Shown one piece after another: positions 51,601-60,600 of a DNA stretch of 64,000 nt. The position numbers were made by a program, and so were the translations under genes. The notes beneath the pieces were generated by a model. It made no database searches. It saw only the letters and a list, made by a program, of their open reading frames with translations, and was not told the DNA's origin. The DNA lies in the NCBI GenBank assembly GCA_028699255.1, contig JAQVUX010000006.1, positions 89,928-153,927 of the forward strand. Direction: 5' to 3'. Positions within the stretch are counted from its first letter, which is position 1; each line of letters starts with the position of its first letter. The stretch is from Candidatus Omnitrophota bacterium. Lineage in GTDB: Bacteria; Omnitrophota; Gorgyraeia; 2-01-FULL-45-10.

Positions 51601-54600
51601 GATACTCTGCGCAGAAGTATTTTTGGTAAAGATTACATAGGCACGCCAAAAGAAGCGGTAATAAGCAAAACCGGTAAGGGTGATGCGGAAAACACCGTTG
51701 TCCAGGTACAGAACACCCGCAATGAATACGGCGAAGCGGTTATTTCCTCGCTCGGCGTCCTTTTCAGAAGTTTTGCGAATAATCGTTCGGCGGTTGGATC
51801 AGCCATATTTACAAGTGATACGGCGCAAGGCCCGCTTAAGACGATGGAGCTTATACTTGCCAGTATGGAGCAGTTACGACATGGCGAAAGTAGCGCTTTT
51901 ATAGCCGGCAGAAACAACCTGCCCGGGGTGACCGGTCCCGCCCATGGCAAAAAATGGGGCGGGTATCAGCAGTTCTTCGTCGCCCTTTATTTCGGTTTTA
52001 TGCATCATATAGCATATACAGGCAGAGAAAATGACCAGAGGGACCAGATATTTGTGTATGAAAAAGGCGGTAAAAAGTTCTTCGGAGAACACCTGAAGAA
52101 TTCCAGAAGGACCTACGGGGATGATAGCGTAAGAGATTCTAACGATAATATAAGGGAAGTGCTTATCGAAGAAGAGGATTGTGATTTCTATATAAAATTA
52201 AAAGAGGGAGATAATAAGTTTGTTTATGAAGAGATAGTCGTCGTGGATAATAATAACCCTTCGCAAAACCTTACCGGCGTAGTATTTGATACGCGACATT
52301 ATCTGATCGATTGCGAAAATAAAGATAAGATATTGCGTGTAGTCGCGGACGGAATATTTGAGTTTAAAAAAGATGTGGAAAACTACAATGGTAAACCCGG
52401 CGCATGGGTGTTGGTAGCGAAAACCGATCAGATAAAATTAACAGAAGATGGTTATCTGATAGATCCGGAAAATGCGGTCAAAGATATAAAAGATTTTTAC
52501 GGGAATATTTTGCCGAAACGAGTAAGACCGGCTATAGTTCAGCAGGTCACAGGTAAAGACATAAATGGCAACAGGCGCGTTCTGCGGCTTGAAAAGACCG
52601 GAGATATTATCGATCCGATAACCGGAAAGAAGGCTGGAACCATATTCGATAAGTCGGCTCAAAAAATGTATTACGGTGTGGACGCAAATTATAATCGCAC
52701 AAATCTGCTCATGACATCAAAGTTATTCAGGAAAGGCGAGTGGGAATACGTTGACGACACAACTAAGGATGCTGTAAGGGATACAACAACAGGCATAATA
52801 TATAAAAAAGGGCCATATACCAATCTTGCTATGGATAAGAACACCGGCGCTATGTTTTTGAAATTTGCAGGCAAGACGCTTGATTTTGGCGACGGCAGGT
52901 TGATACCTCTGGAAAGAGTGAGGGCGTTTAGTCCGGAATCCGTTAATCCGCTTGTCGATAATATTATAAAACGCCGGGGCGAATTCCTGATCCATGGTGA
53001 TAATCTTGTAACCGATAATAACGGGCAACCGGTAAAGGTTAAGGATTTCTGGGGAGAAGATGTGCTGATATCGCTGGATAATGCTTATGTTGACAGTCAT
53101 GGTAATCTTATTCATTCCAATGTAACGGAATTACTCGCGGTAAAAGAAGCGTGGGAGATAGATCCTTATACCGGTGATGCGGTGGTTAAGGGGAGCGGGT
53201 TCAGGGGAGACGGCCATATCCTGGCGGCGAAAAATAAATGGGTTGCGGATAAAGACGGGAAATTATATGCCAGAGGTATTACTCAAAGCGAGGCCGATTA
53301 TGCCGCAAAGACAGGCGTGTATGGACTTTTGGATAAACTTAATCTGGGCCTGACAGGGGTTGAGAATAATTGGTATATAGAGGATCCGGAACATCGCCTG
53401 CCGCTTGCGGGATATCCTGTCCAGAGAGTAAGGAACGGCTGGGTTGTTAACGAGGGCAAAGGATTTTCACTCGACGCATCAGGTAATGTAGTGTACACAC
53501 CAAATTGGCTTAGGGTCGGATGGCTGTCGGACGAGACTTTCGGCGAATTACCCGCCTTAACAATACCTGCAAGTAACGTAAAATCGATATCGAAGGACAT
53601 TACAAAGATAAATTACGCGAAAGACAACCGCCTAGAACATATAGAAATTCTCGCAGATTTTGGCAGTTATTACAAGGATGATAAAGGTAGTTATTATAAA
53701 CGCCGCAAAGTTGGATATTTAGATGAAATAAGCGGTGAGCCGGTATGGTATGGTGAAGCTCCCCCCGGAACGGTTCGTTTAGATTTAAAAGGCGGCTTAT
53801 GGGTGGACACGCCCGATTCATTGGATTTGACCGCATGGGCCGGCCGCGGTTATGAAATAGGTATAGCGCAGAATGGCAACCTGGTGGCTATTAAAGCCCT
53901 CGCCGATAAGGCAGAATACGAGATCGACCGCGTTACGGGCAATGCGCGTATCACCTCCGGCGCGAACAAGGGACAGCAATACAGGGTCGGCACATTCTTA
54001 AGAGTTGGGGAATACGGTTCTTACAGATTTATCCTTTCGCTGGAACCCCGCAAGACACAGCTTCCTTACGATATTTATCCGGACATTCAAGGCATAGGCG
54101 CCGATGGACTTATTTCCTCCGACCATCTTATGGCAAATCCAACGCTTATGGAGTATCTCGTCCAGGCGCCTCAAAGGCCGCGGGCTATAGACCAGACGGA
54201 TAGTGAAAACGAAATAATGGATAATGATACCGCGGAAAAATTGAGTGTAGCGGTCAGAAATCGGGAAGGCTTCGATCCGGATAAACTTTATTACACTATA
54301 TTCGGCATTCTGCAAAGAGAGCTGTACATGACGAATGCCGGTGAGTCGGAATACGCTTATCTGGGCGGCACGGCGCATGATATGCTTAACTATATAGCCG
54401 CGATGAATAAGTGGAGCTTTGAAGAATCCTCCGCATACGGGAAAATGTTCGATGTTCTCGGTATATACGCCCTGAACGTTATATTTACGGAAGCCATACC
54501 GCCGTTCGCGCGCTGTCACGATCACTGGGAGGCGTTGAAGGCATATGCTCTGCTTCTGCCCGGTTTCTGGCGCGATAAAGAGAGGTTTGTCGGAGACGAA

Positions 54601-57600
54601 TACTTGTCCCCGAACATAGTAAAGATGGCTCAGGTACAAGGATGGATGCCCGGAGACATAACGCTCTTTTATTACGAGATATCGGCATTGAAGGTTATAT
54701 TGGACGCGCTCAGCGGTTTGTGGCCGAAAGCAAGCCGCTCCATAGATGATCTGCATGAGAAACATCCGTTCTCGGCCGGTTCAGGTAAGGCGATGTCGAT
54801 CATATTGTACGGCGCTTTTGGAACGCTCGCCTTCGCTGTATGGCTTATGGCCCTCGGCGTAGTCAGTGTATTGGTGCCGGGCTTGCGCGAAGCCCAGGAC
54901 GCATGGCGCTCGAACCTGCTTTTTGGTATCGTTATGTTAGTCATGATAGAAATATCGAAAGCTGTGATATCCGGCATAAAGAGATTATTTGAACAGGAGC
55001 GCAATGATTATATCGTCCGGCTGTTTGGCAAAGATATAGTTATAAGCAAGGCGCTTGTAAATCTTATCTTCACGGCTTTCTTTGTAGCACTGACGATCGA
55101 TGTCGGATATTTAGGGTTGAGTCCGCTGATTTCCAAGACGATAGCGCCTAATATAGCGAGCGGGAAGAGCGTCGTAGGCGATGCGGCCGCATATTTTGCC
55201 ATAGCATTCGGCATTACAAATGCATTGATTTATTTTTGGTCCATGTCCGTCACGGCTTTAAAAAATAACAAAGCCATCCGTCGCGCCCCGATTTTATATC
55301 AACCCGGGAAAGATAAAGCATATAGCTGGGCCAAGTCCGTAACGCGGTATTTGATAATTCCGGCGATTTTGGCCTCCGCTATGTTTGCCATAGGACATTT
55401 TTTCCCTGACCATTCTCCACTGGCGCTAATTCGGGACCAATTTGTACATCTGAAATACGTACCTTCCGCGAGATTCGTACCGGCTCTCGTAAATATGATT
55501 TTCTATAATATAGTACCTTATATCTTGCCGTTCTACCTTATAATGGGAAACCTGTCATCCATAGCCGCGAGATATCTGGAAAAGAAATTCGGATGGCAGT
55601 TACTCTATGTGAATACAGATATCTATGATGTGTCTTACAAAGCGCAATGGGAAACATTAAATTCTACAAACCTGCTAATGGTATGGCTTTTCTACCAACC
55701 GATGGCATTCTTTAAATCACTCTTTGTGGTAGGCGTAAAAAGACTGGAGCCGGCCTGGGTAACAGCGGCAAAATTAGCTCTCGAATATTCCGGAGGATAT
55801 AAGCTCTGGGAGTCGTGGACCGGCAAAGATTTCAAAGTAAACAAACAGATGCTGTTTGCGGTCATACCGGCTGTGATATTTGCTTGTTTTACATGGAAGA
55901 CCGATTCATGGTTCGGCTATACGATGTATGGTATCTGGCTGGCGTATATAATCTGGATATCCGGTACGCAAAAGACGCCCACAGCATTAATATTGCCGGT
56001 AGTCTTTTCATTGACACTGCTTTTGGCGACCGCTGTCATGGGACTCGATTCCTCGATAGTCTTAATGGGATTCCCAATCTATATATGGTCGTTCCTCTTC
56101 GCCCCGTATAAAAACTGGACGACCGGCATGTTCGGAGGGTCGCCTCATTATAGCACTAACTCAATGGTGGAAGCCACGCGCCAGATCAGGGTGTGGGAGC
56201 AGAGATACCTGTTAGGCATGGGTAAGCCGGTTGAAGATAGCGAGGCCGTAAAGAAAATAATCGGATTAGATAAGTTCTTCAGGGATGGCAAGAACGAGCC
56301 TACAATGCTTAACCAGAGAGATAAGTTACGACTATTGCTGTTCCATCTTACAAATATAAACCTTAATATAAATCCGATATTTGAGCAGTATATAGATAAG
56401 GCGCTTGAAGCCCGCCGGCCGGAGGAAGAGGCGCGGTTGAGAACCAAAGGATTTATAGTAGAATCCCGCAGATGGCCGAGATTCCAGGAGTTCGATAAAT
56501 CGCGCGAGAGGGCTTTTGCGATATTGGATGAGTTGCGTGGCAACGCGGCTCTAAGAACGCAGTACGGCAATGAAAAACTGGAACAGCTTATTAATGAAGA
56601 AAAGAACCGCTGGATATTGCGTGACGCTGTAAATAAGGCGATCATCCGCCGCGCGCATGAATTGGCCGGGATAAAACGTTTACGGGAAAAAGATTGGGAT
56701 ACGCTTTCCGTCCTGACGCGTTTGGAAATATTGCTGGAATTATTGAAATCAAAAGATATTGATGTGCGATCGGCCGCGGATAACGCGCTGACAACGCTGG
56801 GCGCCGCGGATAATAGAAATGTTGCCGAAACCACAGCGCTTATGAATGCGCTCGCCGCAATAATAAATCGCATGGGGCCCAGGGCTTACAATATTACGGA
56901 TTGGGAAAAACTTCGCCGCTCCGAGCAATCCGGTTTTATTAATTCTGTGCTTAAGTATTTTTCAATTACGGGAGCACGCGCCAAATATATTCGTACTTTA
57001 TCAAAACCATTCCGAAAGTCCACCGCTCCGGCGACGTCGCCGGTAGTTATGAAGGGCGGCGTAGAGGGCGGCAGATATGAGATCGTCACGGCAGATATAA
57101 TAGACGGCGCTATACAGAACTATAATGGTGTCGGATATGAAGATACAGATACAAAATTAAGGCAGGATCTGAATAATGCCATAAAGCGGATTTTTACGCT
57201 TGATGGATTTTCTGAAGAAGCAAAAACTAAAATAGCGGCAAAGATTATGAGCCTTTTAGGCGATCAAGCCTCGATAAACGCATTATTACAAAATAAGAAA
57301 CTTAGGGTGGTCGAAGGTAACGATCGTCTTATGCATTTTACGGAAAGCGCCGATACGATAACGCTGGATATAGACGCGCTACTTCATAATAACGACCTGT
57401 TATTCATGGAATTGGTCCACGAACTCTTGCACGCTAAACTCGCGGCTACCCAGACAAGGGCGGGTCCCGCGGCGGATCTCGCTACGCGTATTCAGGAAGA
57501 GATAGAAGTTACCACACAGGAAGTAGAGTTATTCCTCGCGTTCCCCAAAGATGCTCAAGACAGGATCCTCGCGGCATTGGCCGCCGACAACGACCTCGAC

Positions 57601-60600
57601 GACAGAAATTTCAGGCAGATACTTGTAAAGGCGCAGGCGGAAGGCCTTAGCACCCGGATAAAAACCGACATCGAAAGATATGTCGGAACTTTAGGTAGCG
57701 TCGAATACGCGTTGCCGCCGCAAGCTACATGGTCGCTCGAGAAGAATGCGCCGGAATTGGTCGGCAAAACGATAGTTACGCTTTCGATGGAAGGCAATAT
57801 CCCGGAATTTGAAGGATACGCCGCGCAGAATGCCAATACAAAAGGCGGTCTTGGCGCGTACTTTGGCGATAAGTTAGAAGGATTGTCGAAAGTAGGAGCC
57901 ACGGCTTACGGGATAACGCCCAGATATGCTATGGCCGGTGATCAGAATGTTGAGGCGGATTATCGGGAACTTGTTCGTAAAGGTATTTTAAAAAGAGTAC
58001 AGGGCCGCGACGGTAAGCCGTTAACATTGCGCGTTTCGGCGTGGGATGAATGGGATAAGGATAATGCCGATAACAATCCTGTTTATGATGTAGAGGTTTA
58101 TGTCGTAAATCGCGGCGGAACTCCTTTGTATGTACTCTCAATGCCAATGGTCTTTGACAGTTTATATACAGATAATCGCCTGCACCGCTATACGCAAGAG
58201 ATCGTTTTCGGGAAAGCGGCCTTCCAGTTAATGGAAAAACTCGGGCTACCTCCGGATATTTTACATTTGAACGAAGCGCATACCGTAGTAGCCGCGGCTC
58301 TTATTAAGGCGGATATAGCGAAAGCCAAATGGGCGCGGGAAAACCTTGGCTCAAGCCGCAAATCTGTTTTTGAAAACAAAAATATGAAAGTTGTGCTGAC
58401 GAACCATACGCTTGTTTCCGCCGGTATGGAGATGCATCAGCCGGAGCACATGTACAATGCGAATATAGACCGCATGCGGGCCATTCTCGAAATACCCGCA
58501 GAAGTCGCGGGCCAATATGGCAGTATGTTCCTCAAGAGGCATATACTCGATAGCGAAGATCACCCTATCAGCCCAGCATCGCTTAGCGCGATAGGCGTGC
58601 GATTGAATGAAAAGGGTGAACCTGCCGACGCGGATAGCTGGAAGCGTTTTAATGCGGCAGGCTGTAAGTACAGGATGATAGTCGATTTCTGCTACGCGGC
58701 TTTTAAACTGGCAGATGAGATGAACGCTGTAAGCGAAGAGCATGCTTTAGCGACCACAAACTTATTCAAAGCCCTTTACGGGAATGAGTTTAATAAAAAA
58801 GTTACAGGGATATTAAATGGTTCCGGTAATACATGGAAAAACCGGGAGCTTTTAAATGCTGAAACCGGTAATAATGTTCCGGACTCCAACGCGTTATATG
58901 ATATTCACGAGAAGGGCAAAAAAGAGGCTTACGCAGAAATAGAAGCGCGAACCGGAGTGAAGCTTAATCCGGATAAGCCGACGGTATGGCTCGTAAGACG
59001 GCTTGTGGAATATAAGAGCCAGTATCCGATACTCAGGTTTATAGTTCCTATAATCTGTTCCGGCAGGGGCGAGGTCTTTACCAGGGAAAAATTAATGAGG
59101 ATATGGATGGAAGATATCCCGGCTATGAGCGGCGCGGATGCCAATAGGCGCTATAACCGGGATATGCACGCTAAAGCTAACCGAATACTCGATATGCTAT
59201 TCGCCGGCAAGACCGAAATACGCGGATTGGATATGCAGATGGTGATTGCCGGCCCGGAGTATGAACATGGTTGGGTCAAGCGCTTCAAGTCATGGCATGC
59301 GAAATATGACGGCAACTTTGTTTACGTCCCGAATTCCGACGCAAAATTACTAAAGATGCAGGCGATAGGCTCTGATGTATGTCTTACTATACCGCGTCCG
59401 TTGGAAGAAGCGTGCGGTACGTCCGACCAAAGATCGGGTATGAACGGAGGCGTTACAGTTTCGATTAACGGCGCCGGCCCTGCCGAATGGGTTACGGAAT
59501 TTAATGAAGCTACTCTTGAGGGCAACGGATTCCTGATAGGTTCATATACAAAGATGACGCCGCAAGGCCTCGAGGCCGATATTGATGGATTCTACGCAGA
59601 TGCCCCGGCCGATGTATTTAATAAGCTCACAATTTGTTCGCGGCTATTTTACGAAAGAGGCACAAATCCCGCGTGGAAGCAATTGATGCATAATTCGTAC
59701 ACGGCCGCGAATTACGGCGCTCTGAGTAAGAAGGCGGTTACGGCCAAGGCGATGGAGGAAAGATACGCGGTGCGCGTATATGCGCCCGCGCTTAAAGCCG
59801 CCGCGGAAGTTTCGCAACAGCAGGTTGTTGCGGCATCCGCTATAAGCATACTTGCCGTAGCGGCCTCTACACCGCTTGGGTCATTTGTGAATCAGGTAAT
59901 AAATAATTCGTTGGATGCCATCGGAATGCCACACTGGCTGGCGGGTGTTATTATTATAGCGGCATTAGGTATAGCCGCGGTGATAAAAATAAAGAAGGCG
60001 GTTATCTCTTCGAAAATCACCGTCGGAATACCGCCCTCGGCAATCACTACACGCAAGGCGGCTATCGAAACTATCCTCAGCTCGGCAGGCGGTAAATACG
60101 AAGTGGTAACCGTCGATAATATCGCCTCATTCGCCGATGAGTCCGCCGGTAGAGGCACAGCGAGGATATTCATAGATAATGATATCTCCGAGGAAGCCAT
60201 AAAAGAGCACATCCTATTAGCGAAGCTCGCCACAAACTATTCCGGCGTATTGGCTACAGCCAATATAGACAGGGCATTGGTAAAAGAGATAACTGACCTC
60301 ATTAAAGATATCCTCGGCGATGATGCCATGAGCTTAAACGCCGCGGAAATATTCTCAAGGGTAAGCGAAGCCGTCAAAGATTCGGTTAAAAAAGAGAAGA
60401 TAGCCCGGTTAGCGGGGCTCGTAGTAACCCAGAGCCAGAATCTTACGTCATTCGCGAATAATCATTCCCCGAGATTCAATCCATCCGCGAGAAAAGAAGA
60501 CTCGGCCATCGCCACAGCCGCGACAGACACAATAGCCGCCAAGTCGCTTGAATTCGCCGATGATGTACGTCGTAACGCCGCGGAAGGCCGCAAAACATCG

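Noticed and set aside
53998-54765. 255-aa minus-strand ORF inside giant gene (also 56148..56873, 241 aa)
   Set aside because: Embedded antisense in a continuously coding 27-kb frame; no independent support
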